Source of the DNA: a virus
Lineage: Duplodnaviria; Caudoviricetes
Strand: one strand, 5' to 3'
Virus record (IMG/VR): IMGVR_UViG_3300021376_000006
Length of the DNA: 64,000 nt
Part shown: piece by piece, positions 39,225-47,673 of the stretch
How the letters are laid out: every line of letters starts with the position of its first letter
How positions within the stretch are numbered: the first letter of the stretch is position 1
Made by a program: the position numbers and the translations under genes
The notes under the pieces: model-generated
Seen by the model: only the letters and a program-made list of their open reading frames with translations
What the model was told of the DNA's origin: nothing
The model's database searches: none

Positions 39225-39602
39225 TTATCTCCGCATAGATGAAATGTCTTTGGCTTCTTGATCGCTAAAGATAGGAACTGCATTACTTTTGTGCATGGTA
39301 CCAATACCTACAATGTTGTCGCCGGTATACTTTTGCGGCATACGAACATTGACTGCACCTTTGACACCGGTATCCAAACTGGGAATACGCGGCAGATCGG
39401 CATCACGACGTAGCGGCTTGGCTGGCACATAAGAGCTGCGACCCAGCTTGATCTTGGTCTTGGGTTCGTACTTGCTTTTGATAGCTTGCCACTCGGCCTC
39501 AAGAATTTCAGCCTGTCGCTTTTGTTCAGCAGACGCAAATTTTTTCTTGCCCTTGCGCTTGCCTGTTAAACTAAGCCAGGGACCTTCCATGTGCATACTC
39601 AT
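39225..39602 (-). CDS. Conserved basic hypothetical protein
   Basis: IGTMHKSNAVP; sigma70 promoter TTGACG-17-TATAAT upstream. Confidence 0.7.
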   Translation of the reverse strand: MSMHMEGPWLSLTGKRKGKKKFASAEQKRQAEILEAEWQAIKSKYEPKTKIKLGRSSYVPAKPLRRDADLPRIPSLDTGVKGAVNVRMPQKYTGDNIVGIGTMHKSNAVPIFSDQEAKDISSMRR

Positions 39603-39640
39603 AACAACCTCATGCAAGTTGACAGAATTGTATTATAACA

Positions 39641-39991
39641 CTAAATGGATTTTGCGTCAATGGGTTCAAGAATCTTGGTAATGGTTGCTTTTTCGTTAAC
39701 TATTACTATTTTGTGTCGCGGGTAATAGAGTTGAATATTTTTGGCTGCTTCGTCTTCGGTTAAACCTTGACCCAAAAACTTGTTGTTTTTACCATAAGCC
39801 AGTACCACTTTGTAGCCATTTTCTTCAATATGCTCGAATCTCAGAGCTATCACTGATTTTTCAACTGCTTCTACCATTTCAGCTTCGGCCACTGCATCAT
39901 TTATTTTGTGCTTGAGTGTTTGAACAAAAAGCCACGATTTTATCAACTGCCAAGCAAGATAAATGAAAACGATCCAGCCTAAAATTTCCAT
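39641..39991 (-). CDS. Membrane-anchored hypothetical protein
   Basis: N-terminal TM, 116 aa. Confidence 0.7.
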   Translation of the reverse strand: MEILGWIVFIYLAWQLIKSWLFVQTLKHKINDAVAEAEMVEAVEKSVIALRFEHIEENGYKVVLAYGKNNKFLGQGLTEDEAAKNIQLYYPRHKIVIVNEKATITKILEPIDAKSI

Positions 39992-39992
39992 A

Positions 39993-40820
39993 TTAAGTCC
40001 AAAGTGATTCTCTGATTCGAATAAGACGAATCATCATTTCTTCGTCTTCCTTTTTATACTTATCCTCTATGGCCTGAGTAGCATCCAGTGCCTGCCTACT
40101 GGCTTCGCGCTCTTCGTCGGTGCGATCTTCAAAATCCAAAAAGTCACGACCTTTGTCTCTAAATTTAGCACAGTAGTCTGACCATCCACCTGCATCATGT
40201 GGATCTGGGCGATTGGGATACACTTCAGTCCACCACCGATACAGTTCAAGTATTTCTCTGGCAGTTTCTGCTTGCGGACTGGGCAAGTTACGCTCTGGAT
40301 GAACGTCGTCCAAATAGTCACGCTTGAGATTCATTTGCCACTCAAGATTGTCCAGTCCGGCTTGTGGACAACGCCAGGTGCGCCAACGCCACCAGCCAGT
40401 TGCCCAGAACGGGGGACGGTATTTCTTTCTCACTTCCGAACCTTCCCAGGCTATGTGCCACCAAGCGAGCTCCACTTCAACAAAGTCTCTAAGTTCATTA
40501 AAAAGACATGGCAGAAAACGGTTGCCAACATCACGCCACTCGCCGCGAGCAATGTCGCTTGGATGAGCAGTAAGAGCGTGGGTACAAGTGACCCAACGAT
40601 TGTTGATATAGTATTTGAGACCATAGATTTTGTCCGGTATGTAGTAAAAGAATCGTTGTAGATAGTCTAAGCCTTCTTCAGCCAGCCAGTAGCGAACAGG
40701 ATGAGCAGCTTCGGCTTGCTCACGCCATTCTCGCCAGCCGCGACTGGTTTCGGCTTTAGGGCTCGGTGTACCTCTAAGCCAATCTGCAAATGGTCCAATT
40801 GTCCAATAGTGGTTACGCAT
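39993..40820 (-). CDS. Trp-rich hypothetical protein
   Basis: 275 aa ORF. Confidence 0.75.
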   Translation of the reverse strand: MRNHYWTIGPFADWLRGTPSPKAETSRGWREWREQAEAAHPVRYWLAEEGLDYLQRFFYYIPDKIYGLKYYINNRWVTCTHALTAHPSDIARGEWRDVGNRFLPCLFNELRDFVEVELAWWHIAWEGSEVRKKYRPPFWATGWWRWRTWRCPQAGLDNLEWQMNLKRDYLDDVHPERNLPSPQAETAREILELYRWWTEVYPNRPDPHDAGGWSDYCAKFRDKGRDFLDFEDRTDEEREASRQALDATQAIEDKYKKEDEEMMIRLIRIRESLWT

Positions 40821-41169
40821 CTTTTTTCTTTCGTTCGTTTCTAAAAGTTTCTACATCTATTATAGCATGTTCGAGAGTTTTTGCATAGTTCAATGCCTGT
40901 TGTCTGGACATAATAATACTTGCTTCGTATTCAACGTACCCTTGAGTTAGCAATGTCCAAATTTTTTGCCAACGGTTCATGCTCCACCATTTTGACTTTA
41001 CAGTTGTAAAAGTAGACACAGTGATGTTCACATCATCGGCTTCAACCCAAACATCATGGTTGTGTTCGTTTGATCCACAATCACAAGCGATCCTATACAC
41101 TTTTGAGTCGCCCCAATCGCTGATCCGCATTATGCCTTCGGCTGGTTGTTCAGGTTTCAATGATTTCAT
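40813..41169 (-). CDS. Hypothetical protein
   Basis: 118 aa, CDC..H motif. Confidence 0.7.
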   Translation of the reverse strand: MKSLKPEQPAEGIMRISDWGDSKVYRIACDCGSNEHNHDVWVEADDVNITVSTFTTVKSKWWSMNRWQKIWTLLTQGYVEYEASIIMSRQQALNYAKTLEHAIIDVETFRNERKKKDA

Positions 41170-41365
41170 CGCCGAAATAATCCAGTGCTGACAATTTGTC
41201 TTCGTATTCGGCTATATGGCCAATTTCTGCTTCCATGGCCGCCATCCAATCTGTGTGATCATGTATGGCAATTGGATTGTTCAACATGATCTCCACATTC
41301 ATACGATGCTTTTCAATTTGGCTAGCAAAATGTGCTCTAGCTGCTGATAATAACTGTTCTCTCAT
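41150..41365 (-). CDS. Small hypothetical protein
   Basis: Start MREQLL after GGAG. Confidence 0.7.
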   Translation of the reverse strand: MREQLLSAARAHFASQIEKHRMNVEIMLNNPIAIHDHTDWMAAMEAEIGHIAEYEDKLSALDYFGDEIIET

Positions 41366-41532
41366 TTTAAGATCTCCAAAATTAGTATAAAACTTGGTAA
41401 TGTAAAACACAAGGCCAAGGCCCAAAACATACTGCTACGATACCAAGGAACATACTTGATATTTAACACTTGACAGATTTCCTGTTCTGTCATCTTGCTG
41501 ACATCGATATAATGCACTTTTCGTTCGTTCAT
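41362..41532 (-). CDS. Small membrane protein (56 aa, not in ORF track)
   Basis: MNERKVHYIDVSK...; ATGA overlaps at both ends. Confidence 0.65.
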   Translation of the reverse strand: MNERKVHYIDVSKMTEQEICQVLNIKYVPWYRSSMFWALALCFTLPSFILILEILK

Positions 41533-41771
41533 TGTTCAACAACTCCGAAATGTTCTAGTACGGAAATGGCATAATGCGTAGGCGTTTGATTGATGTCCGG
41601 CGGAACTCGTCGTTCAATGGCATCATCATACATTACTTTGACACATTCTCTGACAATCAACTCGGCGAACTTTTCCAGTTTCTCGGGAGTAAATTCATAT
41701 ATCTGTGGATCACCACTGGCATGCCAGATGTAGCCTGTTTGTTTGGCAAGTTCTTGGATTCGTTCGTTCAT
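41529..41771 (-). CDS. Small hypothetical protein
   Basis: MNERIQELA..LEKFAELIVREC. Confidence 0.7.
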   Translation of the reverse strand: MNERIQELAKQTGYIWHASGDPQIYEFTPEKLEKFAELIVRECVKVMYDDAIERRVPPDINQTPTHYAISVLEHFGVVEQ

Positions 41772-42668
41772 TTAAATCTCCACATATTTGAGTTTAAAAC
41801 GATCGGCTAGTTCTTCATAACCATCATAGCCTCTTGGATTGCACACAATTCTAGTGGTACCAATCCGATAATCAAAGTCTTCATGTGTATGACCGTGTGT
41901 CCACAATTTTATTTGTCTACGATCCAAAATAAAGTTGTCCAAGTTAGTGCTGTATGCACCGTTAGTTATAAACTCACTCTTATAACGAGGATGAGTTGAC
42001 GCCTTGCTGGGAGCATGATGCCCCACAACCACAATAGGCAAATCCGGATAGAGAGCAAGTACCTCATCCAGTCCTTTTAAGAAAGCCTTGTGATCTACCA
42101 CACTATCTTCGGGCGTGAAGTTGGCTGGCCGTTCTTTAAAAGCCCATGCTTCCGCATTGTTCTCATCAAATGTGGGCACACGATGCTGCACAGTTCGGGC
42201 GCTATTTCGAACTGCACGATAGTCATTCATCATGTAAGCAATTTCTCTTAGAGTCTTGGGATCTTCGCCGTTCATGTCAGTCCACAATGTGCCACCATAG
42301 AATAGCACGCCATTGATGATACGCCATTCTTTATCCAAGAAATGCACATTAGAAAACTCGTCAACCACCGTACGAATCACATTGGCAGTGGCAGCATAGT
42401 CGCCATGATAGTGTTCGTGATTGCCCATGATTAGAATCACCTGCGGGAATCGCTCACTGCAACGCTTCAAGAAGTTGTAGTAGCGTTCGCCACGAGCCAA
42501 CATGCTTGGTGTAGCAGCCATGATTTGTTCATCTACATAACTAAAATTTTTTACATCATCGGCCACAAGGATATCGCCGCCGAGTACAAGTACATCAGCA
42601 CCTTCTGTGTTGTCAAAATCCAAGTCTCCAAACTCAAGATGGAGATCACTGCAAACTGCGATTTTCAT
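41772..42668 (-). CDS. Calcineurin-like metallophosphoesterase
   Basis: SDLHLE, LGGDI, MGNHE, HHAP, HGHTH. Confidence 0.9.
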   Translation of the reverse strand: MKIAVCSDLHLEFGDLDFDNTEGADVLVLGGDILVADDVKNFSYVDEQIMAATPSMLARGERYYNFLKRCSERFPQVILIMGNHEHYHGDYAATANVIRTVVDEFSNVHFLDKEWRIINGVLFYGGTLWTDMNGEDPKTLREIAYMMNDYRAVRNSARTVQHRVPTFDENNAEAWAFKERPANFTPEDSVVDHKAFLKGLDEVLALYPDLPIVVVGHHAPSKASTHPRYKSEFITNGAYSTNLDNFILDRRQIKLWTHGHTHEDFDYRIGTTRIVCNPRGYDGYEELADRFKLKYVEI

Positions 42669-42670
42669 AA

Positions 42671-42877
42671 TTACATCCATTTCAAAATAAAAAGTTCTGC
42701 ATCTCGAGTATGTCGAAAATACAGATCCATGTAGTCAGCTTCGGTAACATAATGCCAATTTTTGTTGTCACCAGGTATGCCCAATTCCATCACACACCAG
42801 CGGGTCATATCTAACCATCGTTTCTCATTGCCTAACTCTGTCGTCCACGGTTTGCGAACGTGAATCACTACATCCAC
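42671..42877 (-). CDS. Small protein, F-x-L-x-W C-terminal family
   Basis: ...AELFILKWM. Confidence 0.7.
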   Translation of the reverse strand: MDVVIHVRKPWTTELGNEKRWLDMTRWCVMELGIPGDNKNWHYVTEADYMDLYFRHTRDAELFILKWM

Positions 42878-43038
42878 CTAAGTGCAAAAAATGCTGCTTG
42901 GTCCGAGCATTCGAATCGGAACTCGTACATGTTGGCTGGAAAAGTGTGCTGGATCTGATAACCACCCGTGCCAAAATGTTCACTGGCCCAAAGTATGGCA
43001 TCATATGCTTTGCTGTGCGGTATAAGAATTTTAGTCAT
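42868..43038 (-). CDS. Small protein, F-x-L-x-W family (56 aa, not in ORF track)
   Basis: MTKILIPHSKAY...AAFFALRWM. Confidence 0.7.
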   Translation of the reverse strand: MTKILIPHSKAYDAILWASEHFGTGGYQIQHTFPANMYEFRFECSDQAAFFALRWM

Positions 43039-43095
43039 GCGTACATTGTAGCATAAAAGTCTATTTGTGTCTATAAATATCCAAAAAGGATTCCT

Positions 43096-43293
43096 ATGTG
43101 GTTGTTACTTATTATAGTTTTGAGTGCTGAATCTCCATACAACCATAGAGGTTCGGTGCAAAATTTCTATACGTCCGAAACTGAATGTAGATCCGAATTG
43201 GCTGCTGCGGTTAAAGCATTGTATCTAAAAGGCACACAAGTTTCGGGCACCTGTGAATTTAGACAATATCTAACACCTAAACGGACTTTTTGA
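43096..43293 (+). CDS. Small secreted protein
   Basis: Hydrophobic N-terminus; TATAAATA and AAGG upstream. Confidence 0.65.
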   Translation: MWLLLIIVLSAESPYNHRGSVQNFYTSETECRSELAAAVKALYLKGTQVSGTCEFRQYLTPKRTF

Positions 43294-43337
43294 GTATATC
43301 AAATACTCGTTGCTTTTCTAGTAACTCACGTTCTAGT

Positions 43338-43517
43338 TCATTTAATCTTGACCATGGTTTCTTTTCTAATCCAATTTACTCTACGATGCGGATCAGATTC
43401 ACGCCAAACACCGATGAAAGGTTCGCCGTCGATGAGCTTTTCGTAGACCGTGCTGGTAGTAAACACTTCGTTGGTACGAAGATTCTTTACTTGATAAATT
43501 TTTAAGGGTTTACGCAT
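43338..43517 (-). CDS. Small hypothetical protein (59 aa, not in ORF track)
   Basis: MRKPLKIYQVKN...; GAGG SD; TTGACG-17-TATAAT upstream. Confidence 0.7.
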   Translation of the reverse strand: MRKPLKIYQVKNLRTNEVFTTSTVYEKLIDGEPFIGVWRESDPHRRVNWIRKETMVKIK

Positions 43518-43562
43518 ATAGACCTCACAATAAATTATATAAAAATTAAAACACTACGTCAA

Positions 43563-43590
43563 TAAAAAACGGGCACTGGCCCGTTTATTT
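43563..43590 (-). terminator. Intrinsic terminator
   Basis: AAACGGGC-CAGT-GCCCGTTT-TTT. Confidence 0.75.
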
Positions 43591-43743
43591 TTTACTCTGA
43601 TGTCGGTATTCTCGACGTAGCCACCATTTGTAACGATGCCAGTATTCCGATAATGTATATGGCAGTTCGTTGTGGTCTTCGTGTTCGCGGCAGTTTTCTA
43701 ACCAGATAATTCTTAACCAATTTCTAAAATGTGATTCTAACAT
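43585..43743 (-). CDS. Small Trp-rich protein (52 aa, not in ORF track)
   Basis: MLESHFRNWL...YKWWLRREY; GGAG SD. Confidence 0.7.
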   Translation of the reverse strand: MLESHFRNWLRIIWLENCREHEDHNELPYTLSEYWHRYKWWLRREYRHQSKK

Positions 43744-43760
43744 ATCTGATCTCCCAAAAT

Positions 43761-43933
43761 TGGTGTTGGGCTACTGATCCTCATCAGCCCCCAACTGAGC
43801 AGTTACTCTGTCCACTGACGCTCCTTTTGGATAGTGCCAGCTTAACCTACGATTTTTCTTGCACCCAGGTAAACGGGTTCTGAGGCTGCGATCGTATGCG
43901 CCCTGGCGATGTGGTGAAGCCAACATACCCCCT
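43761..43933 (-). ncRNA. Candidate ~170-nt ncRNA ending in a minihelix plus ACCA
   Basis: No ORF; 3' GTTGGG..GCTGAT-GAGG-ATCAGT..CCCAAC-ACCA. Confidence 0.5.
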
Positions 43934-43960
43934 TTAATAATGCAGAAGGGACTGCGAGGT

Positions 43961-44037
43961 TGGTTGCAGGAGTCAGATTCGAACTGACGATCTCCAGGTT
44001 ATGAGCCTAGCGGGATGACCATCTTCCCTATCCTGCG
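43961..44037 (-). tRNA. tRNA-fMet(CAT), initiator-like
   Basis: C1:A72 mismatch, loop CT-CAT-AA, encoded CCA. Confidence 0.9.
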
Positions 44038-44067
44038 ATTGTTCTGTTGAATGTTATCCTCCCAGAT

Positions 44068-44164
44068 GTCCGTAGATTGAACGCAGCGTCCCGCGTCCCG
44101 CGTCCTTCACTGGTAAATTCCAGCTATACCGTTTTGCTCGTTGCCTTGCAACATAGGGCCGGAC
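44068..44164 (-). ncRNA. Candidate multibranch ncRNA
   Basis: GTCCG/CGGAC closure; GTTGC/GCAAC and CTGG/CCAG hairpins; GGACGC x3. Confidence 0.4.
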
Positions 44165-44174
44165 TATTCTTTAT

Positions 44175-44252
44175 TTACTTGAAACGCTTTAACAGTTGCC
44201 GAAACTTCCACTTGATATAATAGGGTATTTCACGCAAGGGGATTGCAAACAT
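44175..44252 (-). CDS. 25-aa peptide
   Basis: MFAIPLREIPYYIKWKFRQLLKRFK; AGGAG SD; TGATG coupling. Confidence 0.55.
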   Translation of the reverse strand: MFAIPLREIPYYIKWKFRQLLKRFK

Positions 44253-44434
44253 CACACGCTCCTGTTTAAACGAAAAGTAATATATTCATCATAGCTAATA
44301 GCTATCCAACCAAACAATGCTGTCACGTTAGCATAAAAAGCCGACATATTGTCTGACCCATATGCAGCCGTACCGTTAACAATAGATAACACAACTACCA
44401 AAAAAGGAATACCTACTCGAAAATATTTGATCAT
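44252..44434 (-). CDS. Small two-TM protein
   Basis: 60 aa; AGGAG SD. Confidence 0.65.
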   Translation of the reverse strand: MIKYFRVGIPFLVVVLSIVNGTAAYGSDNMSAFYANVTALFGWIAISYDEYITFRLNRSV

Positions 44435-44460
44435 GCTACACTCCTATAAAACGAAAAGCT

Positions 44461-44534
44461 TGGCTCCGGTGGAGAGAATCGAACCCCCACTAACGGTTTT
44501 GGAGACCGCCGCACTGCCATTATACTACACCGGA
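44461..44534 (-). tRNA. tRNA-Trp(CCA)
   Basis: Cloverleaf, loop CT-CCA-AA. Confidence 0.92.
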
Positions 44535-44539
44535 ACTGA

Positions 44540-44797
44540 TTACTCAGGGTCCTTGACTACATTACTCAACATTGTTTCTCTACGTTCTTGCATCTCTCGA
44601 ACTTTTGCTTCAGTTTCGAGTTGACCAAGATTGATACTATAAACTACCCATACCATCCAGGCAACGAAAGCAAGTATAAACAAATTGAAAAGTGTTTCTG
44701 CATCTAGTTGAAACAACCCTACAACTGCCAACGGTACCAGTGTTGCAACAGCAAACATTCCGGCGGTACGACCAATTGCACGAACTCGAATATTCAT
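44540..44797 (-). CDS. Small two-TM protein
   Basis: 85 aa; TTGACA-17-TAAAAT upstream. Confidence 0.7.
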   Translation of the reverse strand: MNIRVRAIGRTAGMFAVATLVPLAVVGLFQLDAETLFNLFILAFVAWMVWVVYSINLGQLETEAKVREMQERRETMLSNVVKDPE

Positions 44798-44865
44798 TTT
44801 AACTCCTACTTAGTTAATATACTTTATATTTTACATGAACTTGCATTTTGTGTCAACAATTAGTT

Positions 44866-44955
44866 TGGCGGAAGCGGTGAGATTCGAACTCACGGATCCT
44901 TTCGGATCGTCTGTTTTCAAGACAGGTGCAATAAACCGTACTCTGCCACACTTCC
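44866..44955 (-). tRNA. tRNA-Ser(TGA)
   Basis: Long variable arm, loop CT-TGA-AA. Confidence 0.92.
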
Positions 44956-44962
44956 TTTAAAC

Positions 44963-45040
44963 TGGAGCACTGGGCTGGATTCGAACCAGCGGATCGAGAG
45001 TTTTGCAGACTCCGCCATTGGGCCACTCTGGTACCAGTGC
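44963..45040 (-). tRNA. tRNA-Cys(GCA)
   Basis: Loop CT-GCA-AA, U73. Confidence 0.9.
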
Positions 45041-45043
45041 ATA

Positions 45044-45343
45044 TTAATCTTCTTCTGAATCTTCGTCGTCAAACTCTCCGGTGTTGTGAGCATAACCTCG
45101 TAGAGTGCCTATAACTAGTTCTTGGTCATTTACTACAAAAACATTGTATTCATCTCGACGAAACGGTTTCATTTTAGGTACCAACCGCCTTCCTGCTGTG
45201 TCGGACTTTACTGGTTCTACTTTAACGCTATACGAATTTTCAAATACTTGGATAATTCGACCCAAAATTATTCTGTTGTTATGACAAGTAATAACTGTGG
45301 AACCTACTTCAATTGGCGTACCCAATATGTCATTCAAATTCAC
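45044..45343 (-). CDS. Small hypothetical protein
   Basis: GTG start after GAGGAG; acidic tail. Confidence 0.65.
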   Translation of the reverse strand: MNLNDILGTPIEVGSTVITCHNNRIILGRIIQVFENSYSVKVEPVKSDTAGRRLVPKMKPFRRDEYNVFVVNDQELVIGTLRGYAHNTGEFDDEDSEED

Positions 45344-45399
45344 AGTTGTCTCCTCAAATAAAACAACATTGTAACATAACAGTTGAATTTTGGTCAATC

Positions 45400-45474
45400 T
45401 GGTCCGGCGTGCAGGAATCGAACCCACATTAAGGGAGTAGAAATCCCCTGTATTATCCATTATACTAACGCCAG
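45400..45474 (-). tRNA. tRNA-Arg(TCT)
   Basis: Loop TT-TCT-AC. Confidence 0.9.
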
Positions 45475-45481
45475 TATAACT

Positions 45482-45558
45482 TGGTGGGCCGGGTGAGACT
45501 CGAACTCACTGTCCCCCGATTATGAGTCGGACGCTTATACCAATTAAGCTTCCGGCCC
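45482..45558 (-). tRNA. tRNA-Ile2(CAT, lysidine type) or Met
   Basis: CGA-CTCATAA-TCG anticodon arm; C4/C5 acceptor as in TilS substrates. Confidence 0.8.
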
Positions 45559-45564
45559 TGAAAC

Positions 45565-45650
45565 TGGTACCCGGGACCGGACTCGAACCGGTACGCCCTT
45601 TCGAACATCAAATTTTAAGTCTGAGGTGTCTACCATTCCACCACCCGGGC
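45565..45650 (-). tRNA. tRNA-Leu(TAA)
   Basis: Long variable arm, loop CT-TAA-AA. Confidence 0.92.
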
Positions 45651-45659
45651 ATTATAACT

Positions 45660-45736
45660 TGGTCGGAGTAGTAGGATTCAAACCTACGACCTTCCGCTCC
45701 CAAAGCGGATGCACTATCAGGCTGTGCTATACTCCG
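45660..45736 (-). tRNA. tRNA-Pro(TGG)
   Basis: CGGAGTA acceptor, loop TT-TGG-GA. Confidence 0.92.
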
Positions 45737-45966
45737 TTGTCTTCATCATCTTCATTTGAATTGATATAATCAATTACCCTACTGCGAGCTTCCGCTTCGG
45801 TCAAAGCCGGCAGCGTTATTGTTGCTACGCAATTTTTTATTCGAATGTCAAAAGGCACAACACCAGTAGGTAACCAACCTTCCTCCACAGGCACACTTAC
45901 GGTAAACTCCCGCAAGTTCATTAGCCTGTTGATTGTCTGTTCAGTTAGATCGCTAAATTGTGCCAT
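45727..45966 (-). CDS. Small hypothetical protein; TAG stop inside tRNA-Pro
   Basis: MAQFSDL after AAAGGA. Confidence 0.65.
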   Translation of the reverse strand: MAQFSDLTEQTINRLMNLREFTVSVPVEEGWLPTGVVPFDIRIKNCVATITLPALTEAEARSRVIDYINSNEDDEDNGV

Positions 45967-45977
45967 AATATATCCTT

Positions 45978-46060
45978 TGGTGCTGGAGGTGAGACTCGAA
46001 CTCACGGAGGTTTCCCGACGGCTTACAAAACCGTTGCAATTGCCGCTATGCGACTCCAGC
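45978..46060 (-). tRNA. tRNA(TGT), Thr anticodon on a class II (long variable arm) body
   Basis: ACGGT-TTTGTAA-GCCGT; 12-nt variable arm; GCT acceptor start. Confidence 0.8.
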
Positions 46061-46069
46061 ATTAACACT

Positions 46070-46163
46070 TGGCGAAGAGTATTGGATTCGAACCAATGAT
46101 CCGGCTTTTGACCAGATGCCTTCTTAGCAGGAAGGTGCCTTCGACCAACTCGGCCAACTCTCC
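46070..46163 (-). tRNA. tRNA-Ser(GCT)
   Basis: Long variable arm, G73, loop CT-GCT-AA. Confidence 0.92.
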
Positions 46164-46205
46164 ATTTGTTACTATTATATAGTTGAGCAATGGTCCTGTC
46201 AACAG

Positions 46206-46808
46206 TTACATCACAGGACCATTACCGTTCCGAAAGCCTATTGTACCACCTTCTGCTGTAATACGCTTGATCACATCTTCAAACAAGATAGGTGCAAAGT
46301 CTGTTTGTTCTACACAGACACAATGGTAGCGAGGATCAATACGCTCTCTGACTCCCCACTCCATAAATTCGGCTGTGCTACTGGCTCGCTGCATTACACG
46401 ATTGGCATGTAAGTGCCCGTGTATGTTAGTACCAAAACGACCCAAGCTATCTTCGTGAATGGGAATATGGCTCAGTATCATTCCGTTCATCACATGGTAT
46501 GCTCTGAGTTCACGGAAGTACTGTCTATATTCGTCATCGCGGAAGATGTCGTGATTGCCTCTTATAAGCACCTTGTCGCCGTTAAGACGTGCAAGTGTGC
46601 CAAGGCTTCGACGATTGATAACCACATCACCCAGGTGATATACTTTGTCGTTTGGTCGAACACGTTCGTTCCAGGCCTTGACCATAAACTCGTCCATTTC
46701 TGCAGGATCATCCCACGGACGCAGTTTGGTTACACCGTCATTACGCATGAAACGGCAAACGCCAGCATGCCCGAAGTGTGTGTCCGATACTAAAAATACT
46801 GCTGGCAT
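46206..46808 (-). CDS. Calcineurin-like metallophosphoesterase
   Basis: SDTHFGH, HLGDV, RGNHD, SHIP, HGHLH. Confidence 0.9.
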   Translation of the reverse strand: MPAVFLVSDTHFGHAGVCRFMRNDGVTKLRPWDDPAEMDEFMVKAWNERVRPNDKVYHLGDVVINRRSLGTLARLNGDKVLIRGNHDIFRDDEYRQYFRELRAYHVMNGMILSHIPIHEDSLGRFGTNIHGHLHANRVMQRASSTAEFMEWGVRERIDPRYHCVCVEQTDFAPILFEDVIKRITAEGGTIGFRNGNGPVM

Positions 46809-46822
46809 TGTATTCTCCTTAA

Positions 46823-46990
46823 TTATTTGTTAGCAGGTGTTAGCCTATCAGCATGCACCCAAGTATACCAGTTGAGGCCTAACACTCCAATCTTGACATA
46901 TTTTAGTCTTTTGCGTAGCACTTCCCCACGCAGAAATCCGTGAACACGATGCTTAAACAAAACCTGTTCACCTTTGTTATAAATTCTCAT
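46823..46990 (-). CDS. Small basic protein (55 aa, not in ORF track)
   Basis: MRIYNKGEQVLFK...WVHADRLTPANK; AAAGGA SD. Confidence 0.65.
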   Translation of the reverse strand: MRIYNKGEQVLFKHRVHGFLRGEVLRKRLKYVKIGVLGLNWYTWVHADRLTPANK

Positions 46991-47002
46991 AAAATTTCCT
47001 TT

Positions 47003-47308
47003 CTATGCTACGAGCCACTCTTGTTTATCTCTATACTCGATGGATTCTGCTCCATCATACTCATGTATTTGAAATTCAGTACCTTGATCGATCCATTTAA
47101 TCACCAAATCGTCAAGGTCTCCAAAATACTCGTTAGGATATTTTAGTGCAAGATAATGTTCTATCTTGTCTATTTCCTCAGATTCGAGCCATTCGATTAT
47201 ACTAGGATCAAATAGTAATTCTTCGATCTGGTGCCACGAATACCACCCGGCTCCGTGCTCAGGGCTAAAAAGAACTGCTACTTTACCGTCGCGAACAAGT
47301 TTATTCAT
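47003..47308 (-). CDS. Conserved phage hypothetical protein
   Basis: GKVAVLFSP..GAGWYSW..EYDGAE. Confidence 0.75.
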   Translation of the reverse strand: MNKLVRDGKVAVLFSPEHGAGWYSWHQIEELLFDPSIIEWLESEEIDKIEHYLALKYPNEYFGDLDDLVIKWIDQGTEFQIHEYDGAESIEYRDKQEWLVA

Positions 47309-47334
47309 TTTATCTCAACAATAGTAACTAACAA

Positions 47335-47500
47335 GGACCGTCGTTAGTTGAGTTTAGGGTCCGCCATTTCCATCCTGCGCTTTTCCTTGCCGGGATGCCA
47401 TGGTCAAGCTGCGGCTCTCTAACGCCGAGGGCTTGCCGTCTGCCCTCACTCACTGTCGCTAGTGTCACAGGGCACTATAGAGTCAGCCTGTGCTCTGACT
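47335..47500 (-). ncRNA. Candidate structured ncRNA
   Basis: GC-rich intergenic; hairpins AGTCAG/CTGACT, GAGGGC/GCCCTC, CATCC/GGATG, GGACC/GGTCC. Confidence 0.5.
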
Positions 47501-47663
47501 ATGCTAGTTCTTCGTCCTCATCAAGGAAGAACTCATTGATGTGAGCCATGTCTGCTACATCATCCTCACTCATATACTTCAGGCAAGCCATAATAACAGT
47601 ATCACGATCTAAAAGACCGTCTTCAATCATGTCTAATAGTCGGTTAGTACATTGACGAGTCAT
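47499..47663 (-). CDS. Small hypothetical protein
   Basis: MTRQCTNRLLDMIEDG; AAGGAG SD. Confidence 0.75.
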   Translation of the reverse strand: MTRQCTNRLLDMIEDGLLDRDTVIMACLKYMSEDDVADMAHINEFFLDEDEELA

Positions 47664-47673
47664 TGTTATCTCC

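Noticed and set aside
43272-43340. Coding-looking frame NELERELLEKQRVFDILKKSV behind the 59-aa ORF
   Set aside because: No start codon or SD in that frame (upstream TAA) and no clear slippery site; overlaps a plus-strand gene end.
43765-43795. Hammerhead ribozyme (CTGATGAG core); also CTGGATGAAAC near 56570
   Set aside because: No correctly placed GAAA/stem III/NUH; the first is buried in a simple hairpin and the second has an extra G.
46833-46890. Long hairpin GTGTTAGGCCT/AGGCTAACAC upstream of the phosphoesterase as a riboswitch
   Set aside because: Lies inside the SD-equipped 55-aa ORF 46823-46990; no recognisable aptamer.
47420-47450. c-di-GMP-I riboswitch (GACGGCAAGCCCTCGGC similarity)
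   Set aside because: Lacks the GGCAAAC-P2-GNRA module and receptor; folds as a simple hairpin.
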